Source: Octopus bimaculoides (Eukaryota). From it: 64,000 bases of DNA. The stretch covers positions 56,625,197 through 56,689,196 of the forward strand of contig NC_068986.1 in the NCBI RefSeq assembly GCF_001194135.2, read 5' to 3'. Below are positions 23,991 through 38,389 of this stretch, in pieces. The notes under the pieces are model-generated. The model was not told the DNA's origin and ran no database searches. It worked only from the letters and a program-made list of their open reading frames with translations. The translations under genes and the position numbers were made by a program. How positions within the stretch are numbered: the stretch's first letter is position 1; each line of letters opens with the position of its first letter.

Positions 23991-25756
23991 GAAATATCTC
24001 GAGGTGATAAAATATTTAATCGTTTACGACAGTTAATTTTACCTTCAGACACAATAGCACAGGATATTGCGAGGGCATTTGAAACAGTTTAATCTTTGAA
24101 ACAGTGTAATATTGTTATAATATACTGGATTAGGATTTCTTTTTCTTCTTCCGTCGACTATACCAGGAACAATGATAGATGCTCCACATATCTCGTTGAT
24201 AGTAGTGTTAATATCGTATCGTTCCATCACTGCATCTCACCATGTTTGCCTGTCACTCTCACTTGAAGGTAAAATTAACAGTCGTAAATAATTACATACT
24301 TTATCACTTTGAGGCATCTTTATTGCTCAGTGACAATCCATATCAAAGATAATGATTTCTGAGTTAGGTATACAGCCAGTACTTTTGAGGGAGAAGGCTA
24401 GTCGGTACCATCGAAACAAATACTTGATTGGTACTTTATTATATCGACTCCAAAAGATTGAAAGCAAAGTTGACATTTGAACTAAGAACGTAAAGAGTCG
24501 AAACAAATACTGCTCTCACAATTTTGTCAGGTCGTCGTCCTCGCCAAGCTAATACAACCTGGTATTTTGCATCGCACAGGAATACTGTGACCGTAGTATT
24601 CATACTTTCACGTGTTCTTAAAGAGCAAGCAGCACTAAGAAGATTCTTTTGAGATTCTCGAGCAGACGGTTCCTTAAAAAAAACTGGGATACGCCAAAGT
24701 CAGTTGATTAAAATGATCTCAATAGTAGACAAGCACTAAGGTTTTTTTTTTTTTTTACATATTATATTGTTTAGAGATATATTGACCGATGATTTTCACA
24801 CGGTTAGGTTTTATCACAAATACTAGAGCATTCACTCAGTTCAACTATTTGTAAAGTAGAGCTTGGTTTTATATCTTTCTTTCATTATTTCGTTATCCAG
24901 TTATTTATCCGTCGATCATCCTTTGTAGAATGTTGTGTTTATACTCTCATATATGTACAATAGGAAGAATGGACACGCTGAATCTAAATGTAGTGGTAGA
25001 TTTAACGGAGTCGGTAATGGTATGAAAGTTTCTGGCGACGTGAAAGAAAAAAGATGTGGACTTCATAACGATAAATTGCTACAACATGCTTTTAGCATGT
25101 TCCAGCATTCAATAAATATTCTTTGACAATGACAAAATAAAAGAAAAGATATAAAAAGCTAAAAATAAAGAGCAAAAACAGCAACAACGAAACAAATAGA
25201 AAATGTTATTTTAGTGAACGAGAGGTTTGGTGTTAACTTTGCATAAATGTCATTTCGAGATCAAATGACGTTCTTTTCTCAATTTAATCCTTCATTAATC
25301 CAATGAAAATTTCGCTGGACAAAAGCTATGAAAGAAAACAGGGAAGTTGATGAAGACCTCAGCAATGCACTTGCTCAGGCGTGAAGACATTTCCGGTCGC
25401 AACTCTTCAAAGGCTTCTTCATTCATACTCGTTAGATTGCAATGTCAAGTACTCTCTCTCCTCTCCCTCCTGCTTTTCATCATGTCTCTTTCAGCTGGTA
25501 TCATGATTTATTTCGTTTTCCTCTTTCTGTCTGCTCCTCTATTTCTCTGTTTATCAGTCTGTTCGTCAGTCTCCTTGTTAAACTCATACTCTTTTAGTCA
25601 GCCTCTCTCTCTCTCTTTTTCTCTTTCTCTCCTCCTCCTCCTCCTCCTCTTTTCATACATACACAATGAGAAACAGCAAAGACATAGCCACAAACTCCTA
25701 CATACTAGATTTATACATACATCATACATATATCTATTTAAAAATACAGTAATAGA

Positions 25757-25798
<42 letters not shown>

Positions 25799-25909
25799 NN
25801 NNNNNNNNNNNNNNNNNNNNNNNNNNNNNNNNNNNNNNNNNNNNNNNNNNNNNNNNNNNNNNNNNNNNNNNNNNNNNNNNNNNNNNATATATATACATAC
25901 ATACATACA

Positions 25910-25960
<51 letters not shown>

Positions 25961-26257
25961 ATGTAAAGAGAAAGAGAGAGACGTGCATATATACATAAGT
26001 GTATACATAAATATATACATAAATTTATATTTATATACACACACACTTGTATAATTCAATTATTATACATATTTTCTGTTTATATATGCATTACTTCTAT
26101 AACTATTCATCTAACTAGTACATCATCTATATATCAGAGTATCCATCCATCCATCTGTCTGCCTGCCTGTCTGTTTGCCTGTCTGTCTAACTAATTACAC
26201 ACACATGGATGCACATAAATATATGCATGTGTGTATGTATATATAAATGTGCGTGTG

Positions 26258-26331
<74 letters not shown>

Positions 26332-28262
26332 CACAAGCGTTATATAGATATACTCTTTTCTTTTTCATTTCTCTCAAATTCTGTCCGACTGCCTCTCTTT
26401 CTTTGTGTATGTATGTGCATATATATAAGTACTTGATCATACGCACGCATACACATACGCACACATATACAAGCACACAAACATAAACACACACACACAC
26501 ACACACACAATGTGATTTGCATAGTGATGTCCACATATGCCTTTCTATTTGCTTCAAGATGCATATACGCACATTAGACGGCTAAAGGATGATGGTATTT
26601 ACAAATAAACACAAATATACACAAAGAACCTATAGAGGCAAATTCGCACAGTTGCACAAATACACACCCACGCACGCATACACATGCATACTTACACACA
26701 CACTTATATGCACAAACTCACAACCACATAGGAACACGGAGGTAGATATATACACATTTGCTAACATAAAAACACGCACATCCATTGATTTACATAGAAA
26801 GATGCCACACTGCCTTACTACTTTAAAGCCTCCTTTTAAATGTGCTTTCAAAACACTCCAACGATGGCTGGCTTAATTATTCATATACATTTACACTACA
26901 TATAGATGTGAGAATGTGTGTATACATCCGTCTAAATTAATTTGTGTATAATATACACCATCTGTTAATGTGTTCTCACGTATTTGCATATAGATGTGTC
27001 TGCATACATGCGTACATACCTACATGCATACATACATACATACATACATACATGCATACATACATACACATATTTACATATGTGTATATATATATATATA
27101 TATATATNNNNNNNNNNNNNNNNNNNNNNNNNNNNNNNNNNNNNNNNNNNNNNNNNNNNNNNNNNNNNNNNNNNNNNNNNNNNNNNNNNNNNNNNNNNNN
27201 NNNNNNNNNNNNNNNNNNNNNNNNNNNNNNNNNNNNNNNNNNNNNNNNNNNNNNNNNNNNNNNNNNNNNNNNNNNNNNNNNNNNNNNNNNNNNNNNNNNN
27301 NNNNNNNNNNNNNNNNNNNNNNNNNNNNNNNNNNNNNNNNNNNNNNNNNNNNNNNNNNNNNNNNNNNNNNNNNNNNNNNNNNNNNNNNNNNNNNNNNNNN
27401 NNNNNNNNNNNNNNNNNNNNNNNNNNNNNNNNNNNNNNNNNNNNNNNNNNNNNNNNNNNNNNNNNNNNNNNNNNNNNNNNNNNNNNNNNNNNNNNNNNNN
27501 NNNNNNNNNNNNNNNNNNNNNNNNNNNNNNNNNNNNNNNNNNNNNNNNNNNNNNNNNNNNNNNNNNNNNNNNNNNNNNNNNNNNNNNNNNNNNNNNNNNN
27601 NNNNNNNNNNNNNNNNNNNATATATACATAGGAGCATTTATACATATACACATATACTCTCACACACGCCCATACATATATAATTGAAATGAACTTTCTA
27701 AATTCATAAGATGCTAGCGCGCGAAGAGAACATAGTAGATAGTCGTTCATTTGTAATAGCCCTCTCGTTCCCTCTCTCCACCAATTTCTCACGCGTTCCT
27801 ACTTGTCCTCGTCCCACCCGCCTCAATAAAATAAAATATAACAAGATAAAATAAAATATTAATCCGTCGAGTTAAGTGGCTAGACATTCACGTGCCATAA
27901 TCGTTAGGTGAAAAGTGTTTTCGTGTTTGGCATTGATTCACCAAAGAATGCAAACTAGAAAGCAATGATATACAGCAGCAGTTTCTTTGAAGGCAGACCT
28001 TTTGTCCGGTAGCTTTAAGAGCAATAGGCGAAAATAACATGTTTACAGCGGTACTGAGATGAGGAATAGATGACATGAGGTATGTATGTATCTGGCGGGG
28101 AGAGTTTTATGGTTTACGTGTACGTATATGCATATGTATGTGGGTAATGCTTAAATTGGTGTGCTTTTTCGGTCTTCATATTTGGGTGTGTGGCGTTTTC
28201 AAAGTCATTGTACATGCATACATACATATATGCACACATACGTAAATATATATATATATACA

Positions 28263-28293
<31 letters not shown>

Positions 28294-28318
28294 GATATAC
28301 ATACATATATACATGCAT

Positions 28319-28363
<45 letters not shown>

Positions 28364-28408
28364 CTCTCATCCTTCCATATATATATGTGTGTATATATCT
28401 ATATATGC

Positions 28409-28442
<34 letters not shown>

Positions 28443-29111
28443 NNNNNNNNNNNNNNNNNNNNNNNNNNNNNNNNNNNNNNNNNNNNNNNNNNNNNNNNNN
28501 NNNNNNNNNNNNNNNNNNNNNNTATATATATTTATATATACATATATATATACATACGTACGTTTATGAACGTGTGTGTGATAATGTGCTTGGCCGTGTG
28601 CATGTGCAAATGTATACTTTGTGTATGTACCAAAGTGAGTTTCAGTGCATGTGTGTGTGATAGGGAGAGAGGGAGGGGGAAAAAGAAAGAGAGAGGGAGA
28701 TAGAGAGAGTACAGGAGAGTAGGGAAAGAAATACTAAGATGAGAACATTGATAGCAAACTGGGAGAAATCAGGGGAAGGATTTTTACATGAAGACCTATT
28801 GATAATAAGTAGAAGAGAAATAAGGTGAGTAACGAAGTGGCTCAATAAATAGACGTAAGAACGAGCGAGACATATAGAGATAGATAGATAGATAGATAGA
28901 TATATATATAGAGAGAGAGAAAACTAGAAGAGAGAAAGGGACAGAAAGAAAGGCAGGTAGGAGAATAGAGTGAACATCCATTTTAAGAGGGTGAATGTGT
29001 GTGGGAAGTAACATGCATACAAGTACATAACATACACTTACGCACACACACGTACATACGCATACACACACAACGCGCACACACAGGCTATATAGGAAAA
29101 GATAAGGTGAA

Positions 29112-29151
<40 letters not shown>

Positions 29152-29379
29152 TGGGAAAAAAGTGAAAGGTTCGTGAGCGGTAATAAATAAGGAAGACTTT
29201 AAGGCATAATAAAGAAACACTACAGTGAGGGTAAAGGAGATTAGAGGCAAAAACTATGAAATGGATTTAAGTAGGAATGATATGGCTTGAAAATTAGATA
29301 AGCTATCAGACAAGCAGATAGATAGACAGATCAACAGAGAGATTGACAGACAGACGGATAGATTGACAGACAGACAGAC

Positions 29380-29414
<35 letters not shown>

Positions 29415-29488
29415 CACAGTTGGAAAGACTGATAGGCAAATAGATAGACCTGTAGGCCGCTTGGTGACTGATTACGAAGCTTGTAGAA

Positions 29489-29840
29489 CAGTGGTTCTCA
29501 ACCGGGGTCCATATGGCCCCTGGGGTCCGCATAAGATTTTTGGGGTCCACGCAACAAAGTAGTAAATTGGGGATCCACAGTAATGTTTAAGGGCCCCTAA
29601 GAAATGTCGCTTTAGATGTGTGTTGCAAGAAACAGCTCAGTTTCTTTCTCTAACATTTTACTTAGTTCAAACTACACAAGTTCATGTGTGATAAACGAAA
29701 TAGTAATTTTGAAAGGAGATTTTGTGCAACTAGTTTTTTTAAACATTGAATAGCTTTGCTGATCCACCTGAATAAAATCGTAATCAAAGGGTTCCATGGA
29801 TAAAAAAATAATAATTTTAAAAAATGATTGGGAACCCTTG
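29489..29840. mobile_element. hAT (Charlie-type) MITE
   Basis: TIRs CAGTGGTTCTCAACC / gattgggaacccttg. 8-bp flanks ttgtagaa / atgtagag (6/8 identical, central TA as in Charlie targets). Repeated subterminal ggggtcc motifs. Confidence 0.8.
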
Positions 29841-30401
29841 ATGTAGAGCGATGGTTAAATAAAGTGATAAATACCACAAATTGATAGATAGTAGGCTGGT
29901 TAGTAGGAAGCTAAATTAAGAAAAGAAAATATATTAACTTGCAAATAGTCAGAGAATCGTAACAGAAGTAAGTGTAAAAACAGATAGATGGGTAGTAAAT
30001 TATAAATAAATAGGTACATAGGTAGATAAGTAGTTATGATATAAAATAGGTACATAGGTAGATAGGTAGTTATAAATATGTCCATAAATAGATAAATAAA
30101 TAGATAGATAGGTAGATAGTTATGATATTCAGACAAACTGAAAACAAAAATACAATCTCAGGCATAACTATATATATTTTCAGTAAATTTTTATGCTTTT
30201 TTTTTTTCAATCAAATTCCCTGCATGATAAAAAAAAGCGCTGGGCATTAATTCATTGAGCATTCTCGAAGAATCCTGCTTTGGAATGAATTTCTTGATGT
30301 ATTCTGGAAAATGATATACAAATAATTCCTTAGAAGGATAGATTTATTGATAGATAAATTGATTCGTAGATAACTAGATAGACAGATAAATTAATTGATA
30401 A

Positions 30402-30409
<8 letters not shown>

Positions 30410-30472
<63 letters not shown>

Positions 30473-30561
30473 CAGATAGACAGATAGATAGATAGATATA
30501 TATAGATAGATAAGCAATCGAACTTATACTTAAATTAAATCACTATATATGAACTCGGAAG

Positions 30562-30635
<74 letters not shown>
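30410..30635. repeat. (GATA)n and (CA)n microsatellites
   Basis: Directly visible. Confidence 0.97.
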
Positions 30636-30640
<5 letters not shown>

Positions 30641-30989
30641 TCGAACACTCATATATTGAAGTATACATCCCTCCACCGCACAGGTACCCAAATTTTCGTA
30701 TGTGAAGATGGATACTTTGTGATCATGATACTATTTAGGTATGTTTTTAATGCTATAGTTATCTGTGAATACAGAATACGAGTGCTTTTACAACAACTGA
30801 CTCATATAAAAGTCTTTTATCTAAATGCATGCTCTGATGCAAGTTTCAGGTCTCTGCTGGGCATATAAACTGATAGTTGCAATAATATTAAAAAAATCGG
30901 TTACAAAAGACAAACTTATTTAATGTCTCTTTATTTCTATGTATGACACACTAATTGATGTTTCGATACTGAATTCGAATCAGCGAGGA

Positions 30990-31129
30990 AGCTTTTACAC
31001 GGTCTCACAACTTGCTAGACATAGTACCCTAAACTCTCTTAAATTTACACTTTGCTGTTTAAAAAAAGAGGAATACATTAGATAGATTGGTCCTCGATAT
31101 AACTACACCATCTTTAAAAAAACGAAACA

Positions 31130-31176
<47 letters not shown>

Positions 31177-31560
31177 GAACGGGATTTTCCCAATTGGAAC
31201 GACTTTGATCTTACTCTCTTTAAAATGGAGTGATACACTGTCTGGTGCTGAAACTGACACCCCTAACTTCTTTATACTACGCTCTACCATTAAAAAACGG
31301 GGGACTTATTTGATAACGTAATCCCGGCTATAAAGAACACAATCCTTGAAAGAAGAAACTAGATGAGATGGTCACGTCTGCAACAATTTTGATCTCATAA
31401 AGGAAGAAACATGCTCGATAATATAGTTCTAGATTTGCCATATTCGGCGGGAGTACAGAATGGTCTTGACTGGAAGACTTTTGAGCATAGATCTAGTCAA
31501 AGTTAACTTGAGCTAAATAGCAACAACACAAACAACGAAAAGAACAAGAAATTCAACTGT
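30990..31560 (+). mobile_element. Degenerate copies of a third dispersed repeat (family C, SINE/LINE-tail-like, ending in (CAA)n)
   Basis: Motifs such as gatggtcacg.ctg.aa, gatcatag.tct, ctaaataacaac and cttgctag recur, often inverted, near 14400-14600, 52660, 54640-54880, 55640-55980, 56100-56400 and 57060-57180. Confidence 0.5.
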
Positions 31561-31759
31561 CATAATCTCTCATTGGATCACATAAGTTGATTTGAGATAC
31601 TATTTGTCTGCTCTTTATCAGCTTGGGATGGATAATATTCATCTATATGTCGTATCCTTGCACTTATTTGGATTACTCCAATAACACTGAGTACCTCTGA
31701 ATTCAAAGGCGCGCGCGCGTATACACACACATGCACACACATTCTTTTGAGGTCGTGTA

Positions 31760-32500
31760 TTGAAATCTGATCATAACGACCATTTTCTTAACGGAGTGAT
31801 CTTTGTTAGCTTTGTAGTCATATTTTTGTACGTCGAGATCTATTGTGGCAGGAGAATATATATTTCATGATGGTGGTGGTAATAATAGTGGCAACCACAG
31901 ATGTATCACAAAAGAAACATCCATATTCTCGCATCTGATCTTTCATAGGTTCAAATACCTCATGTTCTGATCTTCGTTGTGCATCTTTATCCCTTCGGCT
32001 GAGCGTTGGCCATGGTGTTACTGGCCATGACACATCTGCGGGAAGCCAGCATATAAGCACCCTTATAACACGTTGTAGCCACTGCAAATGGCACTGAGTG
32101 GCTTTAATACTTTAACAGACTGAATGTGAGATAAACAATCAGGCCAGGTAGTTATCCGGTTACGCTGGAGGGAGCTCATGTGGAAGGACTCTAAGGGCTT
32201 AATGTAAAAACTGCAAGCTCCCCTGTCTTCCCAAATATAAATAATGTAGAGATACTAACTTCTTGATATATGATGTATTTTGTGGGAGAATAACAGTTCT
32301 TGAACTGAATGACTCTGCGTCTGAGTATTTCTAAGGCAGTCAATGCCTGTTTAATGTGGTTATAAACAGGTATTGAGAGAATACTACTCAGATATTCAAA
32401 TGATTGCATTATGTATTGATGTGTCTTTTTCGCCAGTTGGATCACATATATCCTAGTGGTATTGACTTCCCAAAGTAGAAATATATTAATCATTTAATAA
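31760..32500 (-). mobile_element. Degenerate Ty3/Gypsy pol fragment (RNase H to integrase zinc-binding region), no LTR recognised
   Basis: AKKTHQY (~VKKFHQY), TALEILRRRVIQ (~TAxRLQRWAI), LQRVIRVLICW (~LQxVIxYIxxGW), YGCFFCDTSVV (~DGCLLWGxRVV), CHNRSRRTK (~GHxGIxRTK), in the correct order. Confidence 0.6.
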
Positions 32501-32535
32501 GACATAAGCATTTTACTTCTTTACATTCTATATGC

Positions 32536-32600
<65 letters not shown>

Positions 32601-32619
32601 TATTCCATAAACAGCATTT

Positions 32620-33310
32620 TTGAAATTCAAGCATTTTCTCTAGAGATAACATTTTTTGTAAGTTTTCTCTTTCCACTATTGGAACGCTTCCAAAGTTCCA
32701 TTGATATAGTGAATTCACTTGGCGTAGAAAAAGATTTAGCGTAAAAGAATCTCCAATTCTACTGACAGCACCATACAGAAGATTATAAGTGGAATCTGGA
32801 GTTTGGGACATAAATGCTATCATCTGAAAAGTTTTGCTCTGGACTTTTGTTGCGATTTGTGATTTGCAGCACGAGACCAAAATATGGATTGTTTACTGGA
32901 GACTACCATCAGCAGGAAGCATTAAAATGTCACAATGATGACCCCCGTACGGCATTGTGAACACACCTGTGATGGAAAATGTTAACATTAACTAGTTGAA
33001 GTGCATCTGTATCATGGTGTGAAGTCCTATCTACGAAAAAAATATCGATTATTTCGATAGTAACTTCTGTATCGAGCAGTATCTCACGTCAAAATTTGTT
33101 CACGTTGTTCACGAGTTAATTGTTCTCTTGCATTTCGATGTTCAACAACATTTGGTCCAAAAATTTCAACTTTCCGTTCTTGTCGCTGTTTCTGCTTGCC
33201 GAAGAGATTTTCTTCGCTTCTGATTTAGCCAGTCGCGATTTCCGCATATCTAAGCACTGCTTCGTTGCTTGTCGTCGGGCATTTACACGTTGGCCCGTGT
33301 AATTTAGAAT
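32620..33310 (-). mobile_element. Helitron RepHel N-terminal remnant
   Basis: EQR-type repeats (EHRNAREQLTREQREQIL), CSQC, then CCKSQI...NLLYG...FLRQVNSLYQWNFG resembling the Helitron CCxxGKV...LL.G...FxxNIRxYNSxFxxxSFG motif. Confidence 0.6.
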
Positions 33311-35579
33311 ATGTAGCCTTGAGTTCTAAATTATTCTTTTGTAAAGTATATTTATTAAAAATAATTATAAGAAATCTACTATATGTCTCAAATAACAAAA
33401 AGGAAACGACTGACGTTCTAATAAAAAGAATTGCATTATTATGTAAATATTTCATATTCAACATCTCTATGTCTTTATCTATATATGACGTACTAGAATA
33501 GAATATAATTTAGGAATTCCTTAATTTTTTGAAATAATTATCTAATCTCTTCAAATTTATCTTTGACTGTCGCTAGCATTTATCGATAAATAATTTTGTT
33601 TTTCTCAAACAAAAAGTATGGTCTAGTAACCGTTACACCATCTCTTACCAGGTTCATCTAAATTCATGGCACTGGCCTATATGAATTATATCCCTTTCAT
33701 AATCATGTCCTAAAATCTGGCCTAAACGCTACGTAGCTCTTTCTCTATGCGCAAAATCTCTGTTGACTAATCACATAAGATCTGTTATTGTGCCTTCTAA
33801 CAAAGATCAGATTTCCTGCCCTTAAACATGAAAATAAAGTTTGTAAAAATTAGTTATAATTTGAAACTATCTCCCTTTTTCTTAACTATTCGCTAATAAG
33901 CAGCACTCGTTTCTTACGTTTTCTTTGTACAAGGAAATGGAAAATTTAAATTAAACGAGGATTATATGTATATGCCATTCATTACTATATCACATTGCAT
34001 AATTCATATAAATTTACGCCATTGAATCATTCGAGTAATACTCCATAGGTCATTATGATTGTTTTTATATATGTAAAATCTCTGAAACAGACAAAGCATG
34101 CTCCAGTTTGACAATTCTTAGCTGACGATATTCCAGCAAGACTTAAACATGTCTTGCCTGCTCAGATTTCTCTAGAACAGGAAAATTATTTGTGTGCCAT
34201 CAATTTTAAATTACTCTTGAAATTATTTTCTTTCTTCTTTCATTGTAGCTAACTGTTACCATTAAATTTTTGTTTTCTTTCTCCAAATAAGAAAATCTTA
34301 ATTAATTAAGAATTTAGCGTGTACGTTATTCAGTAGGGTACACTTCAGGTTTTGCATTCACCAAATTATACAAGCGCCAAAATGCTAGGATTGGAACACA
34401 GAACAGAGCCTTCCACTGAAAGTTAGAAAATATACGACCCTATAACGAGCGAAGCACACAGTCTGTATGCGAGTATTCTGGACCGCTGCCATAAATGACC
34501 TAATATAGGTACAAGACCCAAAATTTGGTGGGAGAGCGTTAGTTAATACCATTGATCCCGGTGTTTGACTGGTATCTTATTTTATTGACTCCGGAGGAGG
34601 CAAAGTTAACCTCAGTAGTATTTCAACTTCGAATGCAAAGAAACAAGACATATGCTCTAACAATTCTGCCGCATAATAATCAAATATTTAGTGAATAAAA
34701 CTTTTTAATCATTTTCTGAAACATAGTGGAGAAATTCTCTACCGTACAGCAGTCCAATTTTTCTCAGTTAATCATTACCTTGTTTTATATTATATTCGAT
34801 TACGAAATGTTCACTTTGTGTTGTGTAAATAGCAAATATAATGGCCATACTAGTGTTACATTACTTTGCTGATTGCTTATGCATTTTCAGCTTTCACAGA
34901 ATAAGCTATTAAATTCTCATCTGCACTACTCTTCAATTTTCCTCTTCTTCCCGTACTCGGTTTTCATTGACAATGTCATCAACATTCAAATATTTTGACA
35001 CTGCTTGGATTTCATCTTCTCGGTTAATACACAAATACACGCCCTACATAGAGAGAGCACGAAAGCATTTTAACAGCACATGACTACCTAACTTCATTTC
35101 ACCTTCAAGCGCCGACTCTCCACATATGAACAAAGCGTATGTAATTATGACTAATATATGCGACAAAGACTAACAAAGCAATATGTACTAATTTACTGCT
35201 CTATATTCATTAACATCCATTCATTGCAATCATACAGTCACATAGCAGCCAAAACTGAAACACTAAAATGCAAATCTATTTTCACGGTCAGAAAATATTC
35301 GACTCCATAGTAGGCGAACTACGTTAATATTTCATCAAGAAGAATGCAGCCATTTACTCCCGCTCATTCATTTGAATCACACTTAAAAATGAAGATATCT
35401 AATCAACAATATTTTAATCTTCATATTTTACCTATGTTTAATCTTCATATCTTACCTATCTACATCGATCGCTGTTAGTAAGAATTTACTGACAGTAAAT
35501 CGCCTGCAAATAAAGCCAAGCATGTAACATGCTTCTGCTCTTAGTTTTATGCCATAAACAGAACATAGTTTGCTCAATA

Positions 35580-35772
35580 TGTTGTAGAAATGTTATCACG
35601 CCGTGCGAAATGCTAAGCGGTATTTCATCTGTCTTTATGTTTTGAGTTCAAATTCGGCTGAGGTCGACTTTGCCTTTCATCCTTTCGGGGTCGATAAATT
35701 AAGTACCGGTTGCGTACTGGAGTCGCTCTAATCGACTGGCACTCTCCCACAAAATTTCGGGCCTTGTAGAAA
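35580..35772 (+). mobile_element. SINE family A copy
   Basis: gcgaaatgctaagcggtatttc...gagttcaaattcggctgaggtcgactttgcctttcatcctttcggggtcgataaattaagtacc...aaaatttcgggccttg. Confidence 0.9.
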
Positions 35773-35941
35773 AAAATATATATTTCTCTAACAGTGTTGC
35801 ATTTTTCTGAAACTGTGCCTTTTTCATGTTCACTAACCGTTATACGTTAGAACTGAGTACTAAACATTATAAATTTTCCCACGCCTGTCTATCTTCTCAA
35901 TTATACGATGCCACAGAAAAATTATTCAGTATTACTTAGAA

Positions 35942-36085
35942 GGATAAGGCAGCGAGCTGACAGAACAGTTTCCATGCCCGACAAAATGCTTAGCGGCATT
36001 TCTTCTAGCTTTACCTATTATGTTAAAATGCCGACTTTATTTTTCGTCCTTTCGGCGTCGATAAAGTAAGTACCAGTTGAGAACC
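35942..36085 (+). mobile_element. SINE family A copy, 3' truncated
   Basis: aaggcagcgagctgacagaa...cctttcggcgtcgataaagtaagtaccagttgag. Confidence 0.8.
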
Positions 36086-37056
36086 ATTTCATTATTATGA
36101 AAAGGAACAACGGCAGGAGAAAGTTGGACTAATGAATTACAGAGTTCAAATCTTGTTCAGGTTGTCCTCAACTTGAACAAGATGTTATTCGCAGCGATAC
36201 TGAAAGAATAATCGTCATTATTAATGCATTGGTATCAATCGCATTAATAAAGGTAATCGTCCAAAACAAAAAAGTCATCCACAGTCGTGTTCAAACATAT
36301 ATTAAATTAGAGTGCTGCGTATTTCACTCAGATAAAATTCAAACCAACTTTAGGCTGAAATTTCAAATTTCACTCCACTTTCCTCTGTTAAGTTGGTAAA
36401 ATAAATAAAAACGGTATACTGTTGTCGACTGCACTTGCTTCATATACAATGTATTTATTTTATGTTGTAGCAAAACGAAATCCAAAACATACTATTCTTA
36501 GCACTACTAGGCACTAAATATATTATGTAGGGTACTTTCAATATAATAGAAACAACAAAACCAAAACAAAAGTTTTCATGTTCCCACGGTACTGTGTTCG
36601 CTGTTGCAGTGAAAGTAAACTATGAAAATAAAACTTTTGCGTAGCAACAAGAATAATAATAGAAATAGTTCCGATCGATTTACTATTACTGACATATTTA
36701 GCAGGTAATAGAAGAGTTACAGGCTAGAAGTAGAATTTGGTGGTTAAATATGTCGAATAAAATTACATTGTACCACTCCCAGATTAAGAATTATTGTTAG
36801 TAATATTAGTATCTTACGCACTATTCGATAGCAATAATGAAACAATTCCAAAGCACGGAGAAAAGAAATAATGGTTTCCGTTGTATGAGCATCGATGTTC
36901 TACTGCAAAACTTACTCCGTTCTGTGTGGATTTATGTGGTCGGGTAGGTGAATGTTCATACATACATACATACATACATACACACACATTTATATATATG
37001 TATATGTGTATGTATATTTATATATGTCTATATATATGTATGTATATATATATATA

Positions 37057-37104
<48 letters not shown>

Positions 37105-37506
37105 TTATATATACATACACCATGCAAAAACACTCACACATATTTGCAAAGTATAGATAAACATGCATATGTGTCCTGCTTTTTATTTTACCAAAACTGT
37201 TGTTTACATATATGTATATAAAATATGTGTATATATGCATGTAGATATGAAAATGGATATATACATACATACATATATTCATACATACAGGCATANNNNN
37301 NNNNNNNNNNNNNNNNNNNNNNNNNNNNNNNNNNNNNNNNNNNNNNNNNNNNNNNNNNNNNNNNNNNNNNNNNNNNNNNNNNNNNNNNNNNNNNNNNNNN
37401 NNNNNNNNNNNNNNNNNNNNNNNNNNNNNNNNNNNNNNNNNNNNNNNNNNNNNNNNNNNNNNNNNNNNNNNNNNNNNNNNNNNNNNNNNNNNNNNNNNNN
37501 NNNNNN

Positions 37507-37567
<61 letters not shown>

Positions 37568-38332
37568 TATGTATATATGTATGTATATATGCATATACAC
37601 ATATATGTACACATTTCTACATATATGTATATCTGTATGTCAACACATACATACAACCATACATACATACATATACAGAGACACTTCCACATATAAAAAC
37701 ACCCTGCCTTATGCATTGTGTGTGTGTGTGTAAATGCATGTGTATTAGCATATGGTATCTGGCAGCACATACGCGCACAATAGTTTCTTTTTTTACTGCT
37801 TGTTTACATTATTGAAGAGGATGCAAATGACACAGAATTTAAGGGTCACTAAATGCTTATGTGCAGCAGCTAACTCATGTTTTCAAGACTCTCCCTCAAT
37901 TTAGAAACAAAAATTCTCTTCTATTCTCTTTATTATTTCATTTTGCCTCATTTTCAGCTTCCGTTCCTTTAACTTCTCTTGTTTCTGTTATCCTTATTTT
38001 CTTTATTTCTCTTCCTCAGTCTTCTCCTTCCCCCCTCTCTTTATTTCTTCCTCGCAATGTTTCTTCCCTACCTTACCTTCCGGTTCCCAACTTGCGACTT
38101 TATTATATCCACCTACCTACCTTCCTACCCACTTATCCACTCATCTTCTCATTACCAGTGTATCTCACCCTACCCTGAATATTTCCTACGTATCGCAAGT
38201 TGGAGAAAATGGCGTAGACCACGTGACCCATTCAGGTTTATACGATATAACTTGAAAGAACGGTACGAACTGCAATCGTCCTTTCCCTCCTTTTCTTCTT
38301 TCTTCTGTTTAGTTGTGCTCCTTATTCATATT

Positions 38333-38389
<57 letters not shown>

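Noticed and set aside
25295-25426. 43-codon minus-strand ORF MNEEAFEELRPEMSSRLSKCIAEV...
   Set aside because: Short, with no splice context. It may be a Tc1/mariner C-terminal relic (RLxKCI), but I cannot establish either reading.
30008-30079. 36-bp direct repeat pair (CRISPR-like spacing considered)
   Set aside because: Contiguous tandem units derived from (GATA/GGTA)n, with no unique spacers, in a eukaryotic context.
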